Source of the DNA: an uncultured Alphaproteobacteria bacterium
Lineage (GTDB): Bacteria; Pseudomonadota; Alphaproteobacteria; Rhizobiales; Hyphomicrobiaceae
DNA: 64,000 nt
Direction: 5' to 3'
Assembly (NCBI GenBank): GCA_963840075.1
Contig: CAWIXS010000018.1
Location: 126,425-190,424, forward strand
In this document: piece after piece, positions 32,811 to 42,236 of the stretch
Numbering within the stretch: position 1 is the first letter of the stretch
Layout of the letters: each line of letters begins with the position of its first letter
Made by a program: the position numbers and the translations under genes
The notes under the pieces: generated by a model
What the model was told of the DNA's origin: nothing
What the model saw: the letters and a program-made list of their open reading frames with translations, nothing else
The model's database searches: none

Positions 32811-32836
32811 CTCAACGCGCACGACAGTAAGAGAAG

Positions 32837-34273
32837 ATGGGCAAGATCACCGGCTTCATGGAGTTCGACCGCAAGGACCGTGGATACCGGCCCGTGGACG
32901 AGCGCCTGAAGCACTGGCGCGAGTTCGTCGAGCCGCTGCCGCCGGCGGAGGTCAAGGCCCAGGCCGCGCGCTGCATGGACTGCGGCATCCCCTACTGCCA
33001 CACCGGCTGCCCGGTGAACAATCAGATCCCGGACTGGAACGACCTCGTCTATCGCGACCGCTGGCCGACGGCGGCCATCAATCTGCACTCGACCAACAAC
33101 TTCCCGGAGGTGACGGGGCGGGTGTGCCCGGCGCCGTGCGAGGCCTCCTGCACGCTCAACATCGACGACAACCCCGTCACCATCAAGACCATCGAGTGCG
33201 CCATCGCCGACAAGGCGTTCGCCGAGGGCTGGGTGGCGCCGCAGCCGGCGGAGCGGAAGACCGGCAAGCGGGTCGCCATCGTCGGCTCCGGGCCCGCCGG
33301 CCTCGCCGCCGCCCAGCAGCTGGCGCGCGCCGGCCACGAGGTGCACGTCTACGAGAAGAGCGCCACGCCCGGGGGCCTGCTGCGCTACGGCATCCCCGAC
33401 TTCAAGCTGGAGAAGCATATCGTCGCGCGGCGCGTGCAGCAGATGGAGGCGGAGGGCGTCGTCTTCCACTGCAACGCGCACGTCGGGCGGACCGTCTCGG
33501 CGCGGGAGCTGGAGGATGCGCACGATGCGCTGCTGCTCGCCGGCGGCTCCGAGCAGCCGTTCGACTTCTTCGCCTCCGCGCCGGGGCGCGGCCTCGACGG
33601 CCTGGTGTTCGCCATGACCTTCCTGCCGCAGCAGAACCGGCGCCTCGCCGGCGAGCCGCAGAAGGACGAGCCGCAGATCACGGCCGAGGGCAAGCACGTC
33701 ATCGTCATCGGCGGCGGCGACACGGGCAGCGACTGCATCGGCACCTCGTTCCGCCAGGGCGCCAGGTCGGTGACGCAGCTGGAGATCATGCCGATGCCGC
33801 CAAGCAAGGAGAACAAGCCGCTCTCCTGGCCGCACTGGCCGTTGAAGCTGCGCGTCTCCTCGAGCCAGGCGGAAGGCGCCAAGGTCGAGTACTCCATCTC
33901 CACCACCGGCTTCGCGGGAAGCAACGGCCGGATCGAGAAGCTGCTCTACACGCGGGTGGATGCTGCCCTGAAGCCGGTGCCCGGCAGCGAGGGCGCGCTG
34001 CCCGCCGACCTCGTGCTGCTCGCCATGGGCTTCTCGGGGCCGGTCGAGAGCGACGTGGTGCACGAGCTGGGCCTGGGCGTGGTCGCGCGCGGCCGCTTCA
34101 AGGGGCTCGAGGCGGACGAGCGCGACTACCGCATCAGGGGCCGCAAGAAGGTGTTCGCGGCGGGCGACATGCGCCGCGGCCAGAGCCTGGTGGTGTGGGC
34201 GATCCGCGAGGGCCGCCAGGCGGCGCATGCCATCGACAAGCTCCTGATGGGCCGCAGCGACCTGCCGCGGTAG
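32837..34273 (+). CDS. gltD: glutamate synthase small subunit
   Basis: 478 aa. [12 protein letters not shown].., the Fe-S Cys cluster [14 protein letters not shown], and the dinucleotide folds [14 protein letters not shown] and [13 protein letters not shown]. Confidence 0.95.
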   Translation: MGKITGFMEFDRKDRGYRPVDERLKHWREFVEPLPPAEVKAQAARCMDCGIPYCHTGCPVNNQIPDWNDLVYRDRWPTAAINLHSTNNFPEVTGRVCPAPCEASCTLNIDDNPVTIKTIECAIADKAFAEGWVAPQPAERKTGKRVAIVGSGPAGLAAAQQLARAGHEVHVYEKSATPGGLLRYGIPDFKLEKHIVARRVQQMEAEGVVFHCNAHVGRTVSARELEDAHDALLLAGGSEQPFDFFASAPGRGLDGLVFAMTFLPQQNRRLAGEPQKDEPQITAEGKHVIVIGGGDTGSDCIGTSFRQGARSVTQLEIMPMPPSKENKPLSWPHWPLKLRVSSSQAEGAKVEYSISTTGFAGSNGRIEKLLYTRVDAALKPVPGSEGALPADLVLLAMGFSGPVESDVVHELGLGVVARGRFKGLEADERDYRIRGRKKVFAAGDMRRGQSLVVWAIREGRQAAHAIDKLLMGRSDLPR

Positions 34274-34388
34274 GGTGCGATGCTGCGAGGCGGCATTGCG
34301 CCGAAACTCCCTCACCCCCACTCGCCACAGCATCCATTGTGGCGAGGTCGGCTCGGTGCAATCGCACTGACGCACGATTGCACCCTAC
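34270..34388. repeat. family D MITE-like element (GTAGGGTGC..GCACCCTAC termini)
   Basis: gtagggtgcgatgctgcgaggcggcattgcgcc....ggctcggtgcaatcgcactgacgcacgattgcaccctac. The termini contain the stop codons of gltD and of the 71-aa ORF. Confidence 0.85.
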
Positions 34389-34600
34389 GTCTCGGCGACG
34401 TATCCCTCCGCTTCCTCCAGGGAGAACGAATTGGGATGCGCGCGGTCGGGCGATTTTCGCGGCCCGCCGAACTCCGGATCGATGAGCTGGAAGCGGCCGC
34501 GCTCCTGGCCGCGCTCGAGCTTGCGCACCGCCAGCCCCTTGCGGGCGGCGGCGCGGCGCATGCGGCGCTCGCGCGCCGCGGGCATGTCCTTCCGGGCCAT
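34385..34600 (-). CDS. small basic hypothetical protein (71 aa)
   Basis: MARKDMPAARERRMRRAAARKGLAVRKLERGQERGRFQLIDPEFGG...SLEEAEGYV resembles a small conserved alphaproteobacterial family (RRAAARxGL..K....G.y.L.D..). It is bracketed by two direct repeat-element copies. Confidence 0.45.
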   Translation of the reverse strand: MARKDMPAARERRMRRAAARKGLAVRKLERGQERGRFQLIDPEFGGPRKSPDRAHPNSFSLEEAEGYVAET

Positions 34601-34605
34601 GATCC

Positions 34606-34717
34606 GTAGGGTGCAATGCTGCGACGCGGCATTGCACCGATGCACCCTTTCCAAACCCGACGCCGCTCGCGATGAGGTCGGCTCGGTGCAATCGCGCTCC
34701 GCACGATTGCACCCTAC
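34606..34717. repeat. family D element, direct copy of 34270-34388
   Basis: gtagggtgcaatgctgcgacgcggcattgcacc....ggctcggtgcaatcgcgctccgcacgattgcaccctac. Confidence 0.85.
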
Positions 34718-34719
34718 GG

Positions 34720-36130
34720 TTACGCCGGCAAGATCTTCCCAGGATTGAGGATGTCGAGCGGGTCGAGGGCGGACTTGATGGCGCGCATCATGCCGACGCC
34801 CTCGCCGTGCTCCGCCTTCAGGTACTTGATCTTGCCCTGGCCGATGCCGTGCTCGCCGGTGCAGGTGCCCTCCATGGCGATGGCGCGCTCCGCCAGCCGG
34901 TGCAGGAAGGTCTCGACCGCCTCCATCTCCTTGGGGTTGGAGCGGTGGAACATGGGCTGGGTGTGGAAGTTGCCGTCGCCGGCATGGCCGGCGATCGGCG
35001 CGATCAGGCCGAGTGAGCGGATGTCCTCCTCGGTCTCCAGCAGGCACTGAGCGAGGCGCGAGATCGGGACGCACACGTCGGTGGCGAGCGCCTCGCGGCC
35101 GGGCCACGTGGTCTTGACCGCCCAGTAGAACTCGTGGCGCGCCTTCCACAGGCGGCGCCGGTCCTCCTCCTTCTCGGCCCAGTCGAAGCGGATCGCGCCC
35201 TCGGCCTCGGCGATCTCGCGGAAGCGCTCGACCTGGTCGCGCGCGGAAACCTCGGTGCCGTGGAACTCCAGGAACAGGGTCGGCTTCTCCTCCAAGGCGA
35301 GCTTGGCGTGGTTGTTGACGGCGTGGATCGTCACCCCGTCCACGATCTCCATGCGTGCGGCGCCCGACGCCCAGCTGGATCGCCTGGATCACGGCGTTGC
35401 AGGCGCCCTCCAGCGTCCGGAACGGGCACACCGCGGCCATGATGCGGTCGGGGATGCCGTAGAGGCGCACGGTGACCTCGGTGATGATGCCGAGCGTGCC
35501 CTCCGAGCCCACCATCAGGTGAGTCAGGTCGTAGCCGGCCGCCGACTTGCGCGCGCGCTGGGCGGTCTTGACCACCGAGCCGTCGGCCAGCACCGCTGTC
35601 AGGTTCAGCACGTTCTCGCGCATGGTGCCGTAGCGCACCGCCGTGGTGCCGGAGGCGCGGGTCGCGGCCATGCCGCCGATGGTCGCCTCCTCGGCGCCGG
35701 GATCCACCGGGAAGAACAGCCCCATGTCGTGCAGGTAGTCGTTGAGCTGCTTTCTCGAGACGCCGGGCTCCACCACGGCGTCGAGGTCGCGCTCGTTGAC
35801 GGCGAGGATGCGGTTCATGCGCGTGAAGTCGAGCGACAGCCCGCCCCTCGGCGCATTGATGTGGCCTTCCAGCGAGGTGCCGGCGCCGTACGGGATGATC
35901 GGCACGCGGTGGGTGCGCGCCACCTCCACGACGCTCACCACCTCCTCGGTGCTCTCCACCCAGATCACGGCGTCGGGCGGCTCGTTGGGGATCCAGGTGA
36001 TGGTGTTGGCGTGCTGGCGCCGGATCTCGTCTCCCGTCTGCAGGCGCTCGCCGAAGCGCTGGCGCAGCACCGCGATCGCCGTGGCGACGTTGCCCTGCGC
36101 GCTTCTGTTCGATGCCGCCGGCATGGCCAT
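34720..36130 (-). pseudogene. FAD-linked oxidase (GlcD / D-lactate dehydrogenase-like), frame broken near 35364
   Basis: N-terminal FAD-PCMH domain (VPIIPYGAGTSLEGH.., GGMAATRASG) runs to ..AVIQAIQLGV. The C-terminal domain (A)ARMEIVDGVTIHAVNN..GTCTGEHGIGQGK.. is in ORF 34720..35352. There is an extra g in the gtcggg run. Confidence 0.88.
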
Positions 36131-36239
36131 GTGGCAATCCTCTTCGTTGCCCAGTTTGCGGCCGCTCCGGGCAGCCATCTCAAGCGATGCTACGAGGAAC
36201 GAGGGGCGCTCACAAGCGCGTGTAGGCGCAGGGGAAGCC

Positions 36240-36342
36240 GTAGGGCGGGTTAGTAAAATCATGCGTCAGCCGTAATCCGCCGATGCGAAGGTGAAATGGC
36301 GGATTACCCCGGATCAAGTCCGGGGTCGCCAATCCGCCCTAC
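36240..36342. repeat. family D variant (GTAGGGCGG..CCGCCCTAC) enclosing the ccccggatcaagtccgggg palindrome
   Basis: gtagggcgggttagtaaaatcatgcgtcagccgtaatccgcc....ggcggattaccccggatcaagtccggggtcgccaatccgccctac. It supplies the TAG stop of the M48 peptidase gene. Confidence 0.8.
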
Positions 36343-37376
36343 GCCGTGGCGCCGGCGTAGCGCTGCAGCGCCGCCACGCGGTCGTCGATCGGGGGGTGGG
36401 TGGAGAGGAGGCCGGTGAGGCGCCCGGACACGGGGTTCTCGATGAAGAAGGCCTCCATGCGCGAGGGCACGCTGAAGCGGGCGTGGCCCTCGATCTTGCG
36501 CAGCGCGCGCACCATGGCGTCGGGGTTCTTGGTGAGCTCGGCGGAGCCGGCGTCGGCCAGGTACTCGCGCGAGCGCGACAGGGCGAAGCGGATCAGCGTG
36601 GAGATGCCCCAGGTGATCAGGATCACGGCAATGGCGAGAGCAATGACAATGATGGCGCCGCGTCCGCCGTCGCGGCTGCGCCCGCTGCCGAACCGGCCGT
36701 CGCGGTCGTCGCCGCCGGTGCTCCGGCCACCGCCCACGGGCGAGCGCTGGCGGCGGGGCGTCGGCGACCAGCCGTACGGGAAGTCCCACATGCGGATGAC
36801 CATGTCGCCGAAGAAGGCGAACACGCCGGCGAAGATGACGGCGATCACCATCAGCTGGGCATCGCGGTTGCGGATGTGGGTGAGCTCGTGCGCCAGCACG
36901 GCTTCGAGCTCGTCTGGGGCGAGCGTGTCGATGAGCCCGCGCGTCACCGCCACGACGTACTGGCCCTCGCGCAGGCCCGAGGCGTAGGCGTTGAGCGCGG
37001 GCGTCTCGATGAGCTGCAGGGCCGGCATGGGAATGCCGCGCGAGATGCACAGGTTCTCCAGCGTATTGTAGAGCTGCGGCGCCTCGGCACGGGAGATGCC
37101 CCTGGCGCCCGTCGCCCAGCGGATAAGGGTTTGGTGGATGAACCAGGCGATCACGAACCAGATGAGCGCCGCGATCATGGCCACCGGCCAGGAGGTGCGG
37201 AACTGCCGCGCGGCGTCGGCGACGATCTCCTCCACGGTGCCGCCGTAGAGCGCGCTCCAGATCAGGAGCAGCGAGAACAGCAGCGCGTGCAGGAGTGCCA
37301 CGAATCCGACGAGCAGGATGACGGAGCGCACCTGGTTGGCCCGGATATGGCCGTACAGTCCGTAGGCCTGGAACAT
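36339..37376 (-). CDS. M48 family zinc metallopeptidase (HtpX-like)
   Basis: MFQAYGLYGHIRANQVRSVILLVGF.. with TM helices and the zinc motif HELTHIRNRD. RBS gggagaaggg. The longer track ORF starts inside a repeat. Confidence 0.9.
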   Translation of the reverse strand: MFQAYGLYGHIRANQVRSVILLVGFVALLHALLFSLLLIWSALYGGTVEEIVADAARQFRTSWPVAMIAALIWFVIAWFIHQTLIRWATGARGISRAEAPQLYNTLENLCISRGIPMPALQLIETPALNAYASGLREGQYVVAVTRGLIDTLAPDELEAVLAHELTHIRNRDAQLMVIAVIFAGVFAFFGDMVIRMWDFPYGWSPTPRRQRSPVGGGRSTGGDDRDGRFGSGRSRDGGRGAIIVIALAIAVILITWGISTLIRFALSRSREYLADAGSAELTKNPDAMVRALRKIEGHARFSVPSRMEAFFIENPVSGRLTGLLSTHPPIDDRVAALQRYAGATA

Positions 37377-37382
37377 GGCTGC

Positions 37383-37515
37383 CCTTCTCCCTCTCCCCGC
37401 TTGCGGGGAGAGGGCCGGGGTGAGGGGCAGCGGCACACTCCAACGCCGGAGTCTGTGGCTGCCCCTCACCCTAGCCCTCTCCCCACGCCGAAGTGGCGTG
37501 GGGAGAGGGAATCCC
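37383..37515. repeat. family A repeat pair between lemA and the M48 peptidase gene
   Basis: ctccctctccccgcttgcggggagagggccggggtgaggggcag ... ctgcccctcaccctagccctctccccacgccgaagtggcgtggggagaggg. Confidence 0.85.
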
Positions 37516-38088
37516 CTAGAACTTCACCTGCGGCGGCGTCAGCACGGCCTTGCGCTCGGCCTCCTCCAGGTTGAAGAACTCCTGCGGGCCGAAGCCCATG
37601 GACTGGGCGAACAGCACGGCCGGGAACGCCTCGCGCGTGGCATTGTATTCCGCCGCCGCGTTGTTGAAGAAGCGCCGCGCGGCGGCGATCTTGTTCTCGA
37701 GGTCGGAAAGCTCGGTCTGCAGCTGCTGGAAATTCTGGTTGGCCTTCAGATCGGGGTAGCTCTCCGCCAGCGCGAACAGCTGGCGCAGCGCGGCCTGCAG
37801 GGTGTTCTCGGCCTGCGCCTGGGCGGCGGGCCCCTGGGAGACGGCGGCCACCGCGGCATTGCGCGCCTGAACCACGGCTTCCAGGGTGCCGCGCTCGTGC
37901 GCGGCGTAGCCCTTGACCGTCTCGATCAGATTGGGCACCAGGTCGTGGCGCTGCTTCAGCTGCACGTCGATGTCGGCGAACGACTGGCGACAGCGCTGGC
38001 GCAGCGTGACGAGGCCGTTGTAGGTAATGACCAGCCACAGGCCGATCAGGGCGAGAAGTCCCAGGATGATCCAACCGACGGTACCCAT
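37516..38088 (-). CDS. lemA: LemA family protein
   Basis: MGTVGWIILGLLALIGLWLVITYNGLVTLRQRCRQSFADIDVQLKQRHDLVPNL is the classical LemA N-terminus. RBS ggagagg. Confidence 0.92.
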   Translation of the reverse strand: MGTVGWIILGLLALIGLWLVITYNGLVTLRQRCRQSFADIDVQLKQRHDLVPNLIETVKGYAAHERGTLEAVVQARNAAVAAVSQGPAAQAQAENTLQAALRQLFALAESYPDLKANQNFQQLQTELSDLENKIAAARRFFNNAAAEYNATREAFPAVLFAQSMGFGPQEFFNLEEAERKAVLTPPQVKF

Positions 38089-38252
38089 TGCACCTCTCCG
38101 ATCCTGGCGCCGGCATGGGCCGGCTGCCACGAGCATTATTCGCCAAACACGAGCGTGAGCTTAGGGGCCTTGCACGCATTGGTTTATTGATCGAGAACAA
38201 GATCCCGCCCCAGGCCGATCGGCGATAAACGGGATACCAGGGTGCAGCCGAT

Positions 38253-38543
38253 ATGCTCAATGCGAATTTCTTCACCTACTGGTATCTGGACCTGCCGAGC
38301 CTGGTGCTGGCGGTGTTCATCTATCTCCTGCTCGGCCGGCTCGTGCTGTCGCCGTTCCTGCGCGGGGAGAGCCCGGTGATGCGTGTCCTGGCGGTTGTCA
38401 CCGATCCGGTGGTGCGGACGGTGGGCGCCATCACGCCGCGTGTGGTGCCGTCCTCTCTGGTGATCGTGTTCGCCATCATGTGGCTCTTGAGCGCGCGTAT
38501 CCTGCTGCATCAGGCGCTGATCGCGCGCCGCATGTTCGGGTGA
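38253..38543 (+). CDS. YggT family membrane protein
   Basis: 96 aa with two hydrophobic segments and the YggT-like ..PVMRVLAVVTDPVVRTVGAITPR.. loop. Confidence 0.7.
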   Translation: MLNANFFTYWYLDLPSLVLAVFIYLLLGRLVLSPFLRGESPVMRVLAVVTDPVVRTVGAITPRVVPSSLVIVFAIMWLLSARILLHQALIARRMFG

Positions 38544-38575
38544 GCCGCATGTTCGGCTGAGCCTCGGGGGGCCTC

Positions 38576-39001
38576 ATGGGGAGCTACGAGCGGGGTTTCC
38601 GGCGGCAGGGCCCGCGGCTGATCGGGCACGGCGTGCCGCTCGTCGCCGTGGCCGCCCTTGCGGTGTTCAACGGCTCGCTGCACGCGCTCGTGCTCGATAC
38701 GGTCGCCTACTCGCCGGTCTACAATTCCGTCTCCTACTTCGTCTCCACCTTCGCGAGCGGGAGCTGGTTCGACGGCTTCGTGCGCGGCGTGCTGGCCGCC
38801 GGCCCGCAGCTCTACCAGAACCTGACCTCGGTGCTCATCGCCGCCATGACGCTCTTGATCGCCGGCATTCCCGCAGCACTCTACGAGCGCATCAGGGGGC
38901 TCGAAGCGAGCACGCCCGTGTCGCTGGGCATATGGCTCGCCGGCGCCGTCCTGCTCACGCTGCCGACCATCCTGAAGGCGCTCAGCGGCGAGGAGCTTTG
39001 A
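38576..39001 (+). CDS. hypothetical membrane protein
   Basis: 141 aa with about 4 hydrophobic helices. No recognisable family. Confidence 0.5.
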   Translation: MGSYERGFRRQGPRLIGHGVPLVAVAALAVFNGSLHALVLDTVAYSPVYNSVSYFVSTFASGSWFDGFVRGVLAAGPQLYQNLTSVLIAAMTLLIAGIPAALYERIRGLEASTPVSLGIWLAGAVLLTLPTILKALSGEEL

Positions 39002-39698
39002 GCGCGGGCTTGCTGCGGGCCGACGGCTTCGTCGCTGGGCGCGCGGCCGCAATCTGCTCCTCGGCGCCCTTGCCCCATTCGGCCATCGCCGGGTGCGCAA
39101 ACAGGGCCTCCACGTAGGCCTGCGCGGTGCCGTCGTCGTCGCCATAGCGGGCGAGGTCCGGCAGGTAGGTGCGGAACCGCGACGCCACCGGGGCGTACAT
39201 GGCGTCGGCCGCGCAGAACCGGCCGGCGAGAAACGGCCCGCCGACACCGTGCCGCTGGCGGCACTCGCGCCAGAGGGCGACGATGCGCCGTACGTCGGCG
39301 GCGACCGGCCCGGGCAGGCGGGCTTTCGGCGCGCGCGCGACGAAATCCATGGGGCAATGCTCGCGCAGGGCCTGGAAGCCCGAGTGCATCTCCGCCGCGA
39401 TGCAGCGGGCATGCGCCCGCGCCGCCGCCGACCTGGGCCACAGGGCGGGATGGGAGTAGCGATGCGTCTCGGCCAGAAACTCCAGGATGGCGAGGCTGTC
39501 CCAGATCACGCGGCCGCCTCCCAGCAGCGCCGGCACCTTGCCGGACGGCGAATAGGTCAGGATTTGCGCCTTGCCGTCGGGCGCGCGCAGGTCGATGTGG
39601 ATTTCATCGAAGGCGATGCCGGCCTGGCGCAGGGCGAGCCAGGGGCGCAGGCTCCAGCTCGAGGTATTCTTGTTGCCAATCACCAATTGGTAAGCCAT
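38982..39698 (-). CDS. glutathione S-transferase family protein (YfcF-like)
   Basis: MAYQLVIGNKNTSSWSLRPWLALRQAGIAFDEIHIDL...GKVPALL..VIWDSLAILEFLAE is the signature of this GST subgroup. The track ORF is extended upstream. Confidence 0.87.
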   Translation of the reverse strand: MAYQLVIGNKNTSSWSLRPWLALRQAGIAFDEIHIDLRAPDGKAQILTYSPSGKVPALLGGGRVIWDSLAILEFLAETHRYSHPALWPRSAAARAHARCIAAEMHSGFQALREHCPMDFVARAPKARLPGPVAADVRRIVALWRECRQRHGVGGPFLAGRFCAADAMYAPVASRFRTYLPDLARYGDDDGTAQAYVEALFAHPAMAEWGKGAEEQIAAARPATKPSARSKPALKAPRR

Positions 39699-39806
39699 GC
39701 GATGACCCCGTGGACAAGCGACCCCGCACGACGTTGCGGGAATTGTCATGTGCCGCAACGCTGCCGATAATGTGCGGCGATCACAACCGGTTTCACGAAG
39801 GCGCCG

Positions 39807-41243
39807 ATGCCCGCAAGCGAAAACAGCATTGCCTCGGAGGCCGCAGCCGTGCTGGTGCCGGCCGACAGCGGGCTCAGATCGATCCCCATCTGGCTCGTGC
39901 GCGACGCCGATTGGGCACGTCAGGCGGGCCTCACCGAGGCGCAGCGGACATGGGTGGAGGCCCAGGGCTTCAAGGGCGAGGGCAGGAGGCACCTGCTCCT
40001 GCCGGCCGGCGACGGCAGCCTTGCCGGCGTAGTCCTGGGGCTCGGCGCCGCGCGCGAGCGCGATCCGATGGACAGGGCGGAGCTGGCGGTGGGCCTGCTT
40101 GCCGGCGTGCTGCCCGGCGGGCGATATCGCCTGGCCGGCGGGGTGGAGGATGGCGAGTTGGCGGCGGTGGCCTGGGGCCTCGGCGCCTACCGCTTCCGGC
40201 GCTACAAGAGCGCCAACGGCGAACGGTCGGCGCGCCCGCAGCTCGAGCTTTCACCCGCTGCCGGCCTGGCGCGCGCCGAGGCCGCCGTCGACGCCACCTG
40301 GCTGGGCCGCGACCTCATCAATACGCCGGCCGGCGATATGGGACCCGAGGAGCTGGAGCAGGCGGTACGCCGGCTCGCCGCGCGGCACGGGGCGGAGGTG
40401 AGCAGCATCGTCGGCGAGGCGCTGTTGGCGGAGAACCTCCCCATGATCCACGCGGTGGGGCGGGCGAGCCAGCGCCCGCCGCGCCTGATCGACCTGACCT
40501 GGGGCAGCGCCACGGCGCCGCGCGTGACGCTGGTCGGCAAGGGCATCTGCTTCGACACCGGCGGGCTCGACCTCAAGCCGGCCGCCTCCATGCTGCTGAT
40601 GAAGAAGGACATGGGCGGTGCGGCCACGGCGCTGGCGCTGGCACACATGATCATGGCGGAGAGGCTCGCCGTGCGCCTGCGCGTGGTGATCCCGGCGGCC
40701 GAGAACAGCGTGGCCGGGAACGCGTTCCGCCCCGGCGACGTGCTCGTGAGCCGCGCCGGGACGACGGTGGAGATCGGCAACACCGATGCGGAGGGCCGGC
40801 TGGTGCTGGCCGATGCACTGGCACTTGCCGACGCGGAGCGGCCCGACACCCTGGTGAGCTTCGCCACCCTGACGGGCGCGGCGCGCACGGCGTTGGGACC
40901 GGAGCTGCCGCCCTGCTATACCGATGACGATCAGTTTGCCCGGGCGATTGCGGCGGCCGGAAACCGCGTCGGCGACCCGGTCTGGCGCATGCCCTTCTGG
41001 ACGAGCTACGAATCGACGCTGGACAGCGCGGTTGCCGACATGAACAACGTCTCGGAGGGCCCGTTCGCCGGCTCGGTGACGGCGGCCCTGTTCCTGCGCC
41101 GCTTCGTGAAGGGCGCCCGCCGCTTCGCCCACCTCGACATCTACGGCTGGCGCCAGCAGGTGAAGCCGCTCGGCCCGAAGGGCGGCGAGGTTCAGGGCGC
41201 GCGCGCCATCCTCGAGGTGTTGCGCGCGGAGTCGAGCGAATAG
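39807..41243 (+). CDS. leucyl aminopeptidase family protein (M17)
   Basis: 478 aa. LVGKGICFDTGGLDLKP, MKKDMGGAA and the diagnostic NTDAEGRLVLADAL motif. Confidence 0.93.
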   Translation: MPASENSIASEAAAVLVPADSGLRSIPIWLVRDADWARQAGLTEAQRTWVEAQGFKGEGRRHLLLPAGDGSLAGVVLGLGAARERDPMDRAELAVGLLAGVLPGGRYRLAGGVEDGELAAVAWGLGAYRFRRYKSANGERSARPQLELSPAAGLARAEAAVDATWLGRDLINTPAGDMGPEELEQAVRRLAARHGAEVSSIVGEALLAENLPMIHAVGRASQRPPRLIDLTWGSATAPRVTLVGKGICFDTGGLDLKPAASMLLMKKDMGGAATALALAHMIMAERLAVRLRVVIPAAENSVAGNAFRPGDVLVSRAGTTVEIGNTDAEGRLVLADALALADAERPDTLVSFATLTGAARTALGPELPPCYTDDDQFARAIAAAGNRVGDPVWRMPFWTSYESTLDSAVADMNNVSEGPFAGSVTAALFLRRFVKGARRFAHLDIYGWRQQVKPLGPKGGEVQGARAILEVLRAESSE

Positions 41244-41335
41244 AAAATAGGGAATAGGGAGCAGCGAACAGCGAACAGTGAGTCGAAGCAGAGCGACGTT
41301 GGCTCCCATTCGCCATTCGCCATTCGCTATTCGCC
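41236..41335. repeat. family E heptad-repeat hairpin
   Basis: 7-nt register over about 100 nt: GCGAATA GAAAATA GGGAATA GGGAGCA GCGAACA GCGAACA GTGAGTC ... CCATTCG CCATTCG CCATTCG CTATTCG. It contains the M17 stop codon. Confidence 0.8.
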
Positions 41336-41354
41336 TCAAAGACAGAGGAGACCG

Positions 41355-42236
41355 TTGACCAAGCGCTCACTCGATCCCCGCCGGCATCCCTTCCGCGCCG
41401 ATCTCGCCGCCGAGACGCTGCGCGGCAAGGTCGCCGCCGCCCGCCATGTCAAAGGCGAGGCGCGCCAGGTGGTGCATCCGGCAGCGCCGCTCTGGCCGCG
41501 GCCCGATGCGCGCGAGGGCTGGGCTACGCAAGCGCTGTTCGGCGAGCGCGTCACCGTCTACGAGGGGAAGGGGGGCTGGGCCTGGGTGCAGCTCGAGCGC
41601 GACGGCTATGTCGGCTACCTCGATGCGCGCGCACTGTCGGCGAAGCTGCGGGCACCGACGCACAGGGTGCGCGCGCCCGGCACGTTCCTCTATGCGTCCG
41701 CCAGCGCCAAGGCCGTCACGGGGCCGCACCTCAGCATGACCGCGCTGCTCTCGGTCGCCGAGACGGGCGCGGCCTTCTCCAGGCTGGCCGAGGGCGGCTT
41801 CGTGCCGACGCGGCATATCGCCGAGCTTTCCCGCTTTGCGCCCGACTTCGTGGCCGTGGCCGAGCGCTTCGCCGGCACGCCTTACGTATGGGGCGGCAAG
41901 ACGCGGCTCGGGCTCGACTGCTCGGGCCTCGTACAGGTGGCCATGCACGCCGCGGGCCTCGACTGCCCGCGCGACAGCGACATGCAGCAGGCCGAGCTCG
42001 GCCGCGAGGTCGACATCGGTGCCAACCTCGACGGGCTCGAGCGCGGCGATCTGGTGTTCTGGAGCGGGCACGTCGGCATCATGACCGACGCCTTCATGCT
42101 GCTGCACGCCAACGCCTACCACATGGCCGTGGTCGCGGAGCCGCTGCGGGGCGCCGTCGACCGCATCGCGCGCGGGGGCCTGGAGATCGCCGCGATCAAG
42201 CGGCCCGAGGCCAGGGGCCTCGAGGCAGGCGAGTGA
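41355..42236 (+). CDS. NlpC/P60 (C40) peptidoglycan hydrolase with N-terminal SH3b-like domains
   Basis: 293 aa. TTG start after agaggag. Catalytic region GTPYVWGGKTRLGLDCSGLVQ..GDLVFWSGHVGIM. Confidence 0.88.
   Translation: MTKRSLDPRRHPFRADLAAETLRGKVAAARHVKGEARQVVHPAAPLWPRPDAREGWATQALFGERVTVYEGKGGWAWVQLERDGYVGYLDARALSAKLRAPTHRVRAPGTFLYASASAKAVTGPHLSMTALLSVAETGAAFSRLAEGGFVPTRHIAELSRFAPDFVAVAERFAGTPYVWGGKTRLGLDCSGLVQVAMHAAGLDCPRDSDMQQAELGREVDIGANLDGLERGDLVFWSGHVGIMTDAFMLLHANAYHMAVVAEPLRGAVDRIARGGLEIAAIKRPEARGLEAGE

Noticed and set aside
38527-38560. A 17-nt tandem duplication (gccgcatgttcgggtga / gccgcatgttcggctga) covering the yggT stop codon.
   Set aside because: It is real in the sequence, but the first copy already supplies the stop. 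It is most likely a neutral slippage duplication with no evident function.
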